Shown here piece by piece: positions 10,046 through 20,343 of a DNA stretch of 64,000 bases. Source of the DNA: Carpediemonas membranifera BICM. Taxonomy: Eukaryota; Protista; Fornicata. The stretch is from the NCBI GenBank assembly GCA_019828565.1, contig JAHDYR010000038.1:326735-390734 (forward strand), given 5' to 3'. Position numbers and translations under genes: made by a program. How positions within the stretch are numbered: the first letter of the stretch is position 1; each line of letters opens with the position of its first letter. A model generated the notes under the pieces. It did not search any database, was not told the DNA's origin, and was given only the letters and a program-made list of their open reading frames with translations.

Positions 10046-11992
10046 ATGCCCGGGCCGACTTTCCGTGGCTCCACCATAATACCACTGCCTTTTATCATCC
10101 CTGAACAGAACTACTGGCGGAATAAGGACCAGCCGCTCTATACTCCCAAAAAACTTGTGCTCGGGCGAGATCATGAAGGTCCTCGCTCTCAACATCCCGC
10201 AAGTCCGTTTCATCAGCTTCCTAGGTTGAAGGAATCGCCATATGCCCGCATATCACCATCTCCACCGCGTTTCTCTCCTTTTGCGGGCCAAAAGGAGACG
10301 CCATCGCCGTCTTCTTCCCCCACCTCGCCGATTTTTGACGAGCAGGAGCCTACACCACAGCCCTCGCCCTCCCCAATCATCCAGAGGCAGCCATCTCCGT
10401 CTATTGCACCCTGGAGAACAACCCCACCGCCCCCTTCGAGGTCCGCGAGCCCCTCGCCGTCCGTGGCCTCATCCCTTGACGGGAGCTCTTCGCCGCCTGC
10501 ACCTGCCGGACCTGCCCCACAGCCCACAGAGCCTAGCAGATCGGCAGAACCCCGAGTGCACGCACCACTTCACCCAACCCGGTCCTGGTCCGCCTCCCCC
10601 AAGCCAGCCAGCCCTTCGCCCATCAACATTCCCGTTAACGAGGCGAATGACAGGCGTAGTGTGGAATTGGATGACACGAGGGCGAAGGTTCCACTATCTC
10701 CCACGCGATACAACCTGTGGGGCGACCCAACTCTCATAGAGGTTGAGAACGCCCGCGCCCCTGCCCTTGCCGCGATTCCAACCTCCTCAACACTCACCCC
10801 GGCAGTTATTGAATGTGTTCCGAGTCCTCAACCAGCGGCCACAGCCACCCCAGGCCTCGACGCCCGGTCGCAATACGTGGACCTGGTACGAAAGACTCCA
10901 GTGACTAGAGCACTCAGCAGGAACAGGAGAGGGCCAGACCCGGTCACCCTGGGCCTGGACGGGCGGGTAGAGGTGCTTGCCAAGCCAGTGGCTGGGGACA
11001 ACTGGGACAATGCGGCCCAGAGTCGCGTTGAGCAGGTCGGCCCGTTAGAGACGAGGGCCGGCGCGGAGAACATGCTCCCATCAAGAGTCAATGTCAGTTG
11101 CGTCGAGGCTGCACGTCCAGGGCCCGCTGCTTGTCTGACTGGAAGCGTAGAGACGCTGCCTCGACAGAACCCGAGGCAGAGTTGGCCCCGGGCTCCACTC
11201 ACCCCCAGGGTGGAGAATGACCCGCCCTCTCTGATAATCTCAACTCCAGTCAGAGTCGAGCAGTTTATGGAAGCTGAGTCAGATGAGGTCGAGCTTCTCG
11301 AGCCAGCGGACGCGATTGGCGCGGAGTATGATGCGGCCGAAGGTAACACCGATGCTGAGAGCATTCCCGACGTTGACATGACTGTTGAGCTCGAAGAGGA
11401 TGACACGGCACCCATTGACGATGATAGCCAGAGCATGGTCGACGAAGAGGCGTCTGCCCCCTCTGAGCTAGTAGAGCAGGCAGTAACAACCACGCCGATC
11501 CTAGCAGATCACGCCATCCCCCAGCGCACGCCACAGCTGTACACCACGCCCACCCAGACCCACGCCGTGAAGACCACCTCTGCCACCCAGACCCACCGAC
11601 CGGCCAGAGCGGACGACATACTGAAGTACATCCCCCTGTCGTCCAGCGTCGTCCAGGGACCGCTGGTCTCCGTGGAACTCCAGCGAATCCCGACTACTCC
11701 AGAGCTTTCTACGGCTACCGGGGGGACGATGACTGTGGCAGCTGATGATCTTGGGCGAGCGCTCACACCTTGGTCGCTTAGTGCCAGCACAAGCGTGGTT
11801 CAACGGGCAGGGTCGGGTTCGATTCTGATCCGACCAACCACGCCTGGTATCGCGGGTAGCTACACACCCCAGCCGAGGCGGACGCTGAGTGAAATCAGAC
11901 TCGGTCTGAGGTCGCCCGGGCATGCAAGAGTGCGGTCTGGGTTCGTCTTTCCCGCCTCTGGGCGATCTGGTCCTAGTGGCGTGTTTCGTTGA
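10046..11992 (+). CDS. Pro/Ser-rich low-complexity hypothetical protein
   Basis: 648-aa ORF; no domain recognised. Confidence 0.6.
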   Translation: MPGPTFRGSTIIPLPFIIPEQNYWRNKDQPLYTPKKLVLGRDHEGPRSQHPASPFHQLPRLKESPYARISPSPPRFSPFAGQKETPSPSSSPTSPIFDEQEPTPQPSPSPIIQRQPSPSIAPWRTTPPPPSRSASPSPSVASSLDGSSSPPAPAGPAPQPTEPSRSAEPRVHAPLHPTRSWSASPKPASPSPINIPVNEANDRRSVELDDTRAKVPLSPTRYNLWGDPTLIEVENARAPALAAIPTSSTLTPAVIECVPSPQPAATATPGLDARSQYVDLVRKTPVTRALSRNRRGPDPVTLGLDGRVEVLAKPVAGDNWDNAAQSRVEQVGPLETRAGAENMLPSRVNVSCVEAARPGPAACLTGSVETLPRQNPRQSWPRAPLTPRVENDPPSLIISTPVRVEQFMEAESDEVELLEPADAIGAEYDAAEGNTDAESIPDVDMTVELEEDDTAPIDDDSQSMVDEEASAPSELVEQAVTTTPILADHAIPQRTPQLYTTPTQTHAVKTTSATQTHRPARADDILKYIPLSSSVVQGPLVSVELQRIPTTPELSTATGGTMTVAADDLGRALTPWSLSASTSVVQRAGSGSILIRPTTPGIAGSYTPQPRRTLSEIRLGLRSPGHARVRSGFVFPASGRSGPSGVFR

Positions 11993-12201
11993 AAAGCATG
12001 AGCAAATCATGACAAAATGTTGTATCGATAAAACAGCAGTCGCTGAGCGTCATAGAGGAGTCTAGATTGGTCGGTGGTTGTGATCCCTTTCTGCTGGGAC
12101 AAATACACACAATCCTCAAAAAATCCGAAGATCGCGCGATCCCAGGATCTTTTTTAAAATGATCCGTTCAAATCCACAGAGAACTTCGGCGAAGGTGTCG
12201 A

Positions 12202-15200
12202 ATGTCAGAGTACGATGAGTCTATAGACTTTTCGAGATCAGATACGCAAGAAGATGAGGCTTCTCTATCGATTGTTCGGCACGGACGCTTCGACGCGGCC
12301 AAACTGGGCCTGAAAAAGACCATGAACAGCCTTTTCCTTCTTCTGTACATGCTTACGAAGCAGAACAAGATCCTAGGCAAGACAATGGTCTTCCTAATGG
12401 CATTAGACTTCCTCCAGCTCATCAGCTTTGGCTTGTCATTTCAGTTTTCGTTCACTTCGCCCCTTTTAACTGCATTGCAGTTCAGCCTGCAGTTCGTGCG
12501 GATCCCCATCCACCTTTTCCCCACCGCTGTGAACTATAGCCTTGTTTTCGTCTCTCTTATCGCTGTTTACGCGGTTATCATCCTCATGCTCCTCGCAATG
12601 TACCGCCTCAGCGCCAATGAACAGCAGTTTCCAGACCGACTACTATTCATCCTGCGCCTCTCAGCGACTGTCTTTATCACCGGCCTCTTTGTTCCCGTCC
12701 TCTCAATCCTCATCCGAGTGCCCTTCCAGTCAGTGATCGAGACATTCAACCTCTACGCCGACTCCCCATCAGAGGCCCAGACCTACTTATTCCTCACCGT
12801 AGTGGTTGTTCTAGCATCAGTAGCCACCGTGATTCCCTTCTCCCTGCTCTGTTTCTCGGCCTCGGTCGCCTTTTACTCTTACGACTTTCAAGCCAAGTTC
12901 GACTTCCTCGCTCGGCCCCACATACGGATGGACTTCATCCTCCTCGGCCTCAAGTCCCTCCTCACCCTCTCTTTCGCCGTAGCTAGCGACTTCAAGTTTG
13001 TCCTATGCGGGGTATGTCTCGCAGTTTTCGGCACTTGCTGGCTTACAGTCCTCATACTCGCGCCGTACTATCGCCCAGAGATGAACTTCCTTAGGATTGC
13101 CATGATGAGCACTATTGTGGGCGTTTCCGTGGCTAACTCGGCCCTCTTCTGCCTCCACTACTGGGCGGACGATTATCTGTCAGCCTACGTTTTCCATTTA
13201 CTAGAGCCGCTTGGATTTACTCTTATTGTCGTAATTCATGTAATATTCGGCCTTGTGTGCATGAAGATCCGCTACATGATTGTCAGGCCACCAAAGGGCT
13301 CTATCGAGAAGCAGATCAAGAGAATCGAGAAGTCCCACTCCGCCTTCTGGGCGACAACCCTCTGTTACGGCGCGCTAGACCCCCATTTCGAGTACAAGAG
13401 CTCGATTAAGCGCGCTCTAACAGGCACTAGCGGCAAGAAGGGCCGCAGCCCCTCCGTGCTCCGCACATCCAGGGAGAGACGCCCCTCACAGAGCCGCAGA
13501 GACAGCGTCAGGAGCCGCAGCCACTCGCGCAGCAACTCTCTTCCAGGCGAAGCGAGCAGCAGCCACGAGTGGGCGGACGACCGCATTGAGATGATCAACC
13601 CCACCCCTTACGGCATGGGCAGACATGACGCGGACACGAGCATGTACTCTACAGACACTACAGATGACCCCGTGCTGTTCACACCGATGCCTCAGCCGAG
13701 GACGAACGCAGTGTCCGTGGGCTTCGCTGAGCATGCATCTCATACAATAGGGAGCCCGAAGACGATGCCGTCGCCCTTGGATAAGGTCACTGGGCCACGC
13801 CTCAGCCCTTCGCCGGGCAGGAGGAAGAGCGTGGCGCCCGTGGAGACGACTGTTAAGAAGCTGATAGCACAGAATGAGAACACCATCCGCCGCTCTCAGC
13901 CCCGCGGCGATGACCGCGCCTCGCATGATAAGCAGACCAAGCGCTGGAGTCTTACATACAAGTACAACATCCAGGGTGCGTCCCAGTGCTTCGAGGCCGC
14001 CCGTGCTCGCCATGAGCGCTCCTCGTGGGTCCTAACGCAATACTGCAACTTCGTATTCCTCATCGGCAACCAGCACATGGCCTACTTCGTCCTTAACAAG
14101 CTCTCCAACCGCCGTCCCATTATGGACCTCGCCTACACGATCTACCGACTCCACCACGAGCACGAGCAGCTCCAGGGCACGGGGCTCGGGGCCATGGGGC
14201 AGGGGGGCGACCAGGCGAGCGCTATTCGCTACATCCAGTTCCAGAAGACCATGCGTCTGGCGCAAAGGTTCCAACACGAGGCCGGGGAGCTCTTGCTGTC
14301 GTTCTGGCAGAGCCTGCTGCACGACTATGACGTCTACCAGACCCACACAATCAGTCAGAAGCTGCACGAGACGTTTACTGGCGCCCAGACGCAGTATACC
14401 TCCATGATGCGACGATTCACCAACGTGCCCGACCTCTTACGGGGCTACGCGTGGTTTATTGAGACTCTGCTCTACGACTCGGCAACAGCCAAGCAGCTGA
14501 TTGACCAAGCCGCGGGCCTAGAGCAGAAGGGGAAAGAGGGTGACGGGAGCAGCCGCGGGGGTGACATGCTGAACACATACGACGACGAGTACAGCATGTA
14601 CTCAGAGACCGAGAGTCAGTACTCCGCTATGGCGCCGTTCCCCCTCGGGGCGATCCAGGAGGAGGGCGCCATCGCCAGTGCGGCCACGGAGAGCACGGAC
14701 GCGGATACGGAGAGCGATGCGACGCAGAGGACAGAGACGGTGAGCGTACACGACGACGACGATGAGCTCAGCGGTCATGACGACATCGCCGACGAGTTTG
14801 TCTCCGAAACCTCCCTCCAAATGCGACGTATGCTCCGAAACGCCAGCTTCTCCCCCAGGAAATCGCCCAGGCGCCACCACACCCCCAGCCCGGGTCGCAG
14901 CCACCAACTGACGAGCGACTCGTACGACCCGTCCATCCGCTCCCGGTCGGACTCGCACTCACTACCACCAGCCGCCCAGAGTGGCTTTGACATGCTCGAG
15001 CGGGCCCAGACTGACGATAGACTGGGCGACGACGTGTCAGAGTTTGGGGCTCCGGCTGGTTTTATTATACCCATGGCACACGTCACTAGCACACCGCAGA
15101 CGGCCGCGCTGCCACCCAAGATCCCCACGAGCTCAGAGAGTCGGCGGGAGATGAGTAAGATCCCGTCATCTTCGCCGCGGTGGCTCGAGGACGTGACACC

Positions 15201-18200
15201 GAGAGAGGACGACTTCGTGCTCGGCCTGAACACCGGTAACACCAGCACCAGCATGATGGGCGCCCCGCCCGGGAGAGTACGGGGCAAACACCACAGCGCA
15301 GGGTCTTTGCAGTCGTCTAGCACTCGTGTGGGCGATCCCGAGCTCCAGTTTGAGAGCTCCAGCCACAGTCTGATTAACTCGACTTCGAACTCGAGTCCGA
15401 GAATTGGCCTAAACCTGCCACTCAAGAGCATGACAGGCAGGGCCAAAGCGCTTGTGATTACACCAAGATCTGCTCGAAACAAGTCGTCGCGCGATAAGGA
15501 GGGCGAGGGAAAGCAGCACAAGGGCCGGCGGGAACAGGAGAGTACAACGTCGCTGAACACACCCAAGACGCCTGGTACCCAGCGGAGCGCCCGTAAGAGC
15601 ACTAGACAGCTGACTAAGCGGACTCCCAACGACGGGAACAACTCTACAGACAGTCCCGTCAACACGGCACCCAATTCGGGCAGGGGCATGGGCAGTAAGA
15701 AGAACTCGAGCGACAAGCGGCTCACTGACCGACACGTGCAGATCGAGGACGACACCGTGGAGGAGGAAGAGTTCCAGGATGAGTACGCACCGACTGAGCT
15801 GCTCATTGGGCTCAATGGCGTGGCCAGCAAGGGTAAGATCGGAGATTCGAAGGCCAAGACGAGCGACCTCCGCTCCTTCTTTGACGGGGCCGCCGGTTCC
15901 GAGCACGACGACGACATCGACGACGAGCTCGACCAGGCTAAGCGCATGGGCGGGCTCCACACCATCAGGGCCTTCCTCTTCGCCACACTGCCCCTTGCCG
16001 CGGTCTTCGTGGTCGCAGTGCTCGCCCCGTTCATCGTATCCATCCTCCTCATTTCCTGGACAAGCAACGTCGGCACGGCGGTGGCGGGGTACCAGCTCGT
16101 GTCGTCTGTATCGTCGTACACGGCCGGACTCACCCAGCGCAGTCTCACAGTTGCTGCCACAGCTGATATGCAGGCCGCTAAGGCTGCCGGGTTTGGTGGA
16201 GCCGACCTTGACCTCGGCCTGTATGCATCCGCCCTCGCCTCGCTCTCCACGGCGGACCAGAGCGACTATCTCCGTGCCTACGGCCTCGCTGTATCGCACT
16301 CGATGCTCAAGTCAGCTGTGTGTCTCCGAGACAGCTGGGCTCACATCTCACAGACAGCCATGGCCGACGTAGATGATGAGGCGCTCACAGGCATCCTCAG
16401 CGGGCTTACTGGAGCTGAGCTGGGGCTTCTCGGCGTCTCAAGCTCAGACTTACCCACGCTATCGACACCCTGCCAGTTCAGCTCGTGCACAGCCTACAGC
16501 TTTCCCGATGTCCGCAGCGGCGTCGCCACCAGCTTCACAACAGCCCTCACCGCAGCCGCCACGGACGCCTCCAAGCTCTCCAACCTCGAGTCCAGCCTGC
16601 AGGTGTCGGGCTTATACACTGTGTTCGGTCCTGACATCAAGAGCATCCTCAACTCCGACGAGGCCCTCACCGCCAAGCTGTGGGTCGAGAGCACATCGTC
16701 CTTTTCCCCCACGGGCACGAGCCTCGTCAGCCTCTATTCGACTGTCACAACCCATCAGACTAACATGGCGGCGGTCCTCGGCAGGCTGCACTACCCAACC
16801 CTCAGCGCTGCAACCCAGACCGCCCTGGCCACGATTGCTCCGGCTGACACATCTGCAATCGGCCTCGACGATGTCGCCATGCACGCTATGAACCGGTTCC
16901 TCGAAGCCAACGCCGTTGCCGACCCGGTGAGCGGCATCCGCTCGCTCGTGAGGGAAAGAGTTCAGGCGCTGTACCTCTCCTATCTGTCGTTCATCCTGCT
17001 GTGCGTAGTCGCCTTCGTACTCTCGGCTTCAGCGTTCTTTGGCATGATTGTCGTTCTCATCTTGTTTAACGGTCGTATCATATCCCGCCAGCGTCGCCTC
17101 GTGAGGAATCTCAAGAGCCTACCCAAGACGGTTCTCCAGGCGATCATCATCGCCACCGCCCGACACCTGGGCCTCGACGAGAAGCTCACTGAGGGTGCCG
17201 GCGGGGATGGCCAGAGTGAGGATGAGTCAACCCACCCCCCAGGCCAGGTCGTGTCTCACCCAAACCGGTGGACCGTCAGTACGGCCAAGAGCCTTGCAGA
17301 CCGCAAGCCGCCGATACTCTCCAAGCGCCCTGTGGTGGTGTCGGACCCGGGGCAGAAGCGGGTATACACGTACCTCAGATACACGGCATTCACCCTCGCT
17401 GTGTTCGCACTGGCGTTCATCCCTCTCTTCATGTCCATGGTCGTCATGCTCGCCCCGCTACAATCTCTGCTCGTCGCCTCTAGCATGGTCTACTCGGTCA
17501 CGGCATCCATCCACCGTACTGTCGCCCTGGCTGAACAGATGTCGTCTGCAATGGTCGCTGAGACGCTACGCTCGAGCTGGACAGAGGCTGCACTCACCGC
17601 AGGCGGGTATACCAGCCTCGCCGCACTCGCAGCGAAGTGGAACTCGGGTCAGCTCGACCTTGATTCAATCAAATCCACGCTTCGGTCAGAGTCGCGGGAC
17701 CTCGCCCTCGTGTGGGAGAACCTCGTCCACGGTGGAATTTACGACTTCGACGTGACTTCTTGGGGTGACCTCGACGGCTATTGGCTTCCCGTGCGGCTGT
17801 GGCCCGGCATGCTCATGTTCTCGTCGAGCCAGCTCCTCGTCGACTCCAACAAGTGCCTCCTCGGAGAGTCGTCGTGCAGTTTAGGGCTCTCGCTGGATGA
17901 TACCGTCTCGGCCTTTGTGGAGCGTGGCACCCTGCTCTCGTTCGCCTCCTCGCTCTCGCAGATGGGCGATGAGAGCGTTGACAGACTCCGCACTTTAGCG
18001 CTCGTTTTATCGCCCAGAGTTTTGGAACTTCACGAGGCCGTCGATTCGATGTTCTCGAACTGGTTTGTCGCGTCGATCGGCACGGTCATCTGCTCCTTTG
18101 TGCTCACATTGGTCACTATCGGCCTCACCATCGTCATCAGCGTTCAGCTTCTTCGTAGATCGCAGGCGCGGGAGTCGTTGAAGGTCCAGATTTTGATCCG

Positions 18201-18267
18201 ATCAATTCCGAGGCAGTTCCTTCGTTGGTCGCTGGAACTGCGCCAGGTCGTCGACATCACACAATGA
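12202..18267 (+). CDS. Large multi-pass membrane protein, TmcB/TmcC (tiny macrocysts)-like
   Basis: N-terminal TM bundle (DFLQL, PYY..MN), helical repeat segment LLSFWQSL...LLRGYAWFIETLL, further TM clusters; 2021 aa. Confidence 0.65.
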   Translation: MSEYDESIDFSRSDTQEDEASLSIVRHGRFDAAKLGLKKTMNSLFLLLYMLTKQNKILGKTMVFLMALDFLQLISFGLSFQFSFTSPLLTALQFSLQFVRIPIHLFPTAVNYSLVFVSLIAVYAVIILMLLAMYRLSANEQQFPDRLLFILRLSATVFITGLFVPVLSILIRVPFQSVIETFNLYADSPSEAQTYLFLTVVVVLASVATVIPFSLLCFSASVAFYSYDFQAKFDFLARPHIRMDFILLGLKSLLTLSFAVASDFKFVLCGVCLAVFGTCWLTVLILAPYYRPEMNFLRIAMMSTIVGVSVANSALFCLHYWADDYLSAYVFHLLEPLGFTLIVVIHVIFGLVCMKIRYMIVRPPKGSIEKQIKRIEKSHSAFWATTLCYGALDPHFEYKSSIKRALTGTSGKKGRSPSVLRTSRERRPSQSRRDSVRSRSHSRSNSLPGEASSSHEWADDRIEMINPTPYGMGRHDADTSMYSTDTTDDPVLFTPMPQPRTNAVSVGFAEHASHTIGSPKTMPSPLDKVTGPRLSPSPGRRKSVAPVETTVKKLIAQNENTIRRSQPRGDDRASHDKQTKRWSLTYKYNIQGASQCFEAARARHERSSWVLTQYCNFVFLIGNQHMAYFVLNKLSNRRPIMDLAYTIYRLHHEHEQLQGTGLGAMGQGGDQASAIRYIQFQKTMRLAQRFQHEAGELLLSFWQSLLHDYDVYQTHTISQKLHETFTGAQTQYTSMMRRFTNVPDLLRGYAWFIETLLYDSATAKQLIDQAAGLEQKGKEGDGSSRGGDMLNTYDDEYSMYSETESQYSAMAPFPLGAIQEEGAIASAATESTDADTESDATQRTETVSVHDDDDELSGHDDIADEFVSETSLQMRRMLRNASFSPRKSPRRHHTPSPGRSHQLTSDSYDPSIRSRSDSHSLPPAAQSGFDMLERAQTDDRLGDDVSEFGAPAGFIIPMAHVTSTPQTAALPPKIPTSSESRREMSKIPSSSPRWLEDVTPREDDFVLGLNTGNTSTSMMGAPPGRVRGKHHSAGSLQSSSTRVGDPELQFESSSHSLINSTSNSSPRIGLNLPLKSMTGRAKALVITPRSARNKSSRDKEGEGKQHKGRREQESTTSLNTPKTPGTQRSARKSTRQLTKRTPNDGNNSTDSPVNTAPNSGRGMGSKKNSSDKRLTDRHVQIEDDTVEEEEFQDEYAPTELLIGLNGVASKGKIGDSKAKTSDLRSFFDGAAGSEHDDDIDDELDQAKRMGGLHTIRAFLFATLPLAAVFVVAVLAPFIVSILLISWTSNVGTAVAGYQLVSSVSSYTAGLTQRSLTVAATADMQAAKAAGFGGADLDLGLYASALASLSTADQSDYLRAYGLAVSHSMLKSAVCLRDSWAHISQTAMADVDDEALTGILSGLTGAELGLLGVSSSDLPTLSTPCQFSSCTAYSFPDVRSGVATSFTTALTAAATDASKLSNLESSLQVSGLYTVFGPDIKSILNSDEALTAKLWVESTSSFSPTGTSLVSLYSTVTTHQTNMAAVLGRLHYPTLSAATQTALATIAPADTSAIGLDDVAMHAMNRFLEANAVADPVSGIRSLVRERVQALYLSYLSFILLCVVAFVLSASAFFGMIVVLILFNGRIISRQRRLVRNLKSLPKTVLQAIIIATARHLGLDEKLTEGAGGDGQSEDESTHPPGQVVSHPNRWTVSTAKSLADRKPPILSKRPVVVSDPGQKRVYTYLRYTAFTLAVFALAFIPLFMSMVVMLAPLQSLLVASSMVYSVTASIHRTVALAEQMSSAMVAETLRSSWTEAALTAGGYTSLAALAAKWNSGQLDLDSIKSTLRSESRDLALVWENLVHGGIYDFDVTSWGDLDGYWLPVRLWPGMLMFSSSQLLVDSNKCLLGESSCSLGLSLDDTVSAFVERGTLLSFASSLSQMGDESVDRLRTLALVLSPRVLELHEAVDSMFSNWFVASIGTVICSFVLTLVTIGLTIVISVQLLRRSQARESLKVQILIRSIPRQFLRWSLELRQVVDITQ

Positions 18268-18347
18268 GCCTGCCTTGTCAGCATCACCATGTACTGCTAA
18301 CCCTCCACGATCTTTCTTTCCTCCGACCCGCTTGGAGTTGGAACTCG

Positions 18348-18404
18348 CGTATATACATCTCGCATATACATCTCGTATATACATCTCGTATATACATCGC
18401 ATAT
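18348..18404. repeat. 13-bp tandem repeat CG(T/C)ATATACATCT, about 4 copies, in the 3' flank
   Basis: Units at 18348, 18361, 18374 and 18387. Confidence 0.9.
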
Positions 18405-18874
18405 CACAGCCCAGCACCGCCGCAAGCGGGGATTGGGTCTGGAACTGGGTCAAGCAGCCCTCTGTAAATAGCAATACGCGTAATACCGTATTATCGATGG
18501 CATGGCCTTGAGCCGAATGATCGAAGGCCTGAGATCAAATTGCCTTTTTAGATTCTGTCTAGATTCTTATAAATCTTTTGAATCTACCAGCATGTGTCAT
18601 CCTCTTGGCACAGTTGAGCGAGCAAGTCGCCCCCATCAGCTTCGATGAGACTAGTATCACAGATTATTGCTAGATTCATTCGAAATCTGAGTTTGGGAAA
18701 TCATCTATCACAAGCAAGGCAGAGCAATGGTTGCCTGTTTCTTTCGAGACTTGCAGATGTTATTGGGTTTGGTGCCCCATGGTCCTCATCTGAGTCTCTC
18801 TGGCTGATTTACGTTGGAAGCAACATAACTCATATATTCGGATCAGCGGAACACCTCCGAAACGGCTAATCCTG

Positions 18875-20242
18875 ATGGGTTCGCCCTCTTGTAACGGGTT
18901 AGATCAGCTTATTCGTTCGCATGAGCCTGAGCATGAGCTTAACCTCGATATATTCATCAGCGACGCTTCGCACGTTGGAAGGTGCGGAAACTACGTATTT
19001 TGCGTCCAAAAGCAACTAATTTCTTTCTTTTCCTTTGCAGATGAACTCCAATACAACATAGCTGTCGAGTATCCTGGCGAAAAAGTGTTCCGCGTCTGCT
19101 CTCGCTCAGACGGCACCCTGTTTGCTCTCGATTCGTCCACATACTGTTCACCATTCTTCTCCTTCGACCCCCTGAACCCCAAATGGATCAAACACCGCGA
19201 CCTACAAGGCGGCAATCTCTCTAGCGCAGCGATGACAGCCACAGACTCGAAAGTTCTGGTCCATGGCGGCACGACTACCTCGAGCATCATGACAACTCTT
19301 CATTCCATCACCATCCCATCCCACACGAAGGGTCCGTGCTCTGCTAAGTGGAGTAGCGTCAACGTGCGGGTTCCCTTGATGCAGCACATTTGCGCGGGAC
19401 CCTATTTCCTCGGGGGTGGGTTCTACACGGATTCATGGGTCCCCAACCGCACTGTGTATCACGTGGACGATAAGTGCAAGAAGATGACACGTGTGGTCGA
19501 AGGTTGCCCCGCGGACCGCGTGCTTTCCTCCTCCCAAGTTGTCCTCGCCCCAGACAACACGATTGTCATCCTGACTGACGGCAACTCGCTTCTCCAGTGC
19601 GATGTGGGCCGTGTCAAGTGGACGATGCTCCCCACGCCCGAGGCTGGCTCAGTGCTTGGGCTGTGTGAGGGAGTCCCTACAGTCGTATCCCACAGCGGGT
19701 CTTTCGCCATACACGACGGTGTTATTACAAGCACGCCGAGTACATCGCGGTCGGCTACTGGCCATAATCTGCGAAACAGCACTACAAGACTGAGCGCGTC
19801 GTCGCTTGGGCAGTATACCACGGCGGTATCGCGGAACCTGTCGCCGACGAGCCTGTTAGAGATCATTGCCAAGCAAGAAAACGACCTCCGCAACGCCAAG
19901 TTTGCCATGGGCGAAAGAAACGCCACGATCTCGAAGCTGAAGAGTCTTCTCGAAATCTGCGCCGACGTCATCCATGGGGCCGGGATAGCGTCTGCGGCGG
20001 ACACCGAGATGGACGGGCTCGAAGACCTCAGCCAGACCGTCTTTGACGAGCGTGCCGGAGCGATGTTGAAAGCGTACATTGCCGGCGGCAGCCAGGCTGT
20101 CCCCGTTGATGTCATGCGGAAGATCGTCGATGGTCTGGCCGGCCTGCGCGAGGGAGCAGGCCTCATTGACATGGCTGAGAAGGCTACGATCGGGCTGGAG
20201 CAGCTCGTTGTCGGATCAGGTAGTGCGTTTAGCCACGTGTAG
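18875..20242 (+). CDS. Kelch-like beta-propeller plus coiled-coil protein
   Basis: VLVHGG and YFLGGG glycine doublets with W spacing; C-terminal heptad-like segment. Confidence 0.55.
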   Translation: MGSPSCNGLDQLIRSHEPEHELNLDIFISDASHVGRCGNYVFCVQKQLISFFSFADELQYNIAVEYPGEKVFRVCSRSDGTLFALDSSTYCSPFFSFDPLNPKWIKHRDLQGGNLSSAAMTATDSKVLVHGGTTTSSIMTTLHSITIPSHTKGPCSAKWSSVNVRVPLMQHICAGPYFLGGGFYTDSWVPNRTVYHVDDKCKKMTRVVEGCPADRVLSSSQVVLAPDNTIVILTDGNSLLQCDVGRVKWTMLPTPEAGSVLGLCEGVPTVVSHSGSFAIHDGVITSTPSTSRSATGHNLRNSTTRLSASSLGQYTTAVSRNLSPTSLLEIIAKQENDLRNAKFAMGERNATISKLKSLLEICADVIHGAGIASAADTEMDGLEDLSQTVFDERAGAMLKAYIAGGSQAVPVDVMRKIVDGLAGLREGAGLIDMAEKATIGLEQLVVGSGSAFSHV

Positions 20243-20343
20243 GCGATGCAAGCTATATAGGTATGGCTGCTGGCGTTTTCTCTCAATATATTTACGGTGG
20301 TAAAGCAGCTCGGTTGATAGTACATGTATATCCACACGGAGCT

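Noticed and set aside
14775-16299. Long antisense ORFs (491 and 296 aa) within the TmcB-like gene
   Set aside because: Low-complexity shadows of the 2021-aa plus-strand ORF
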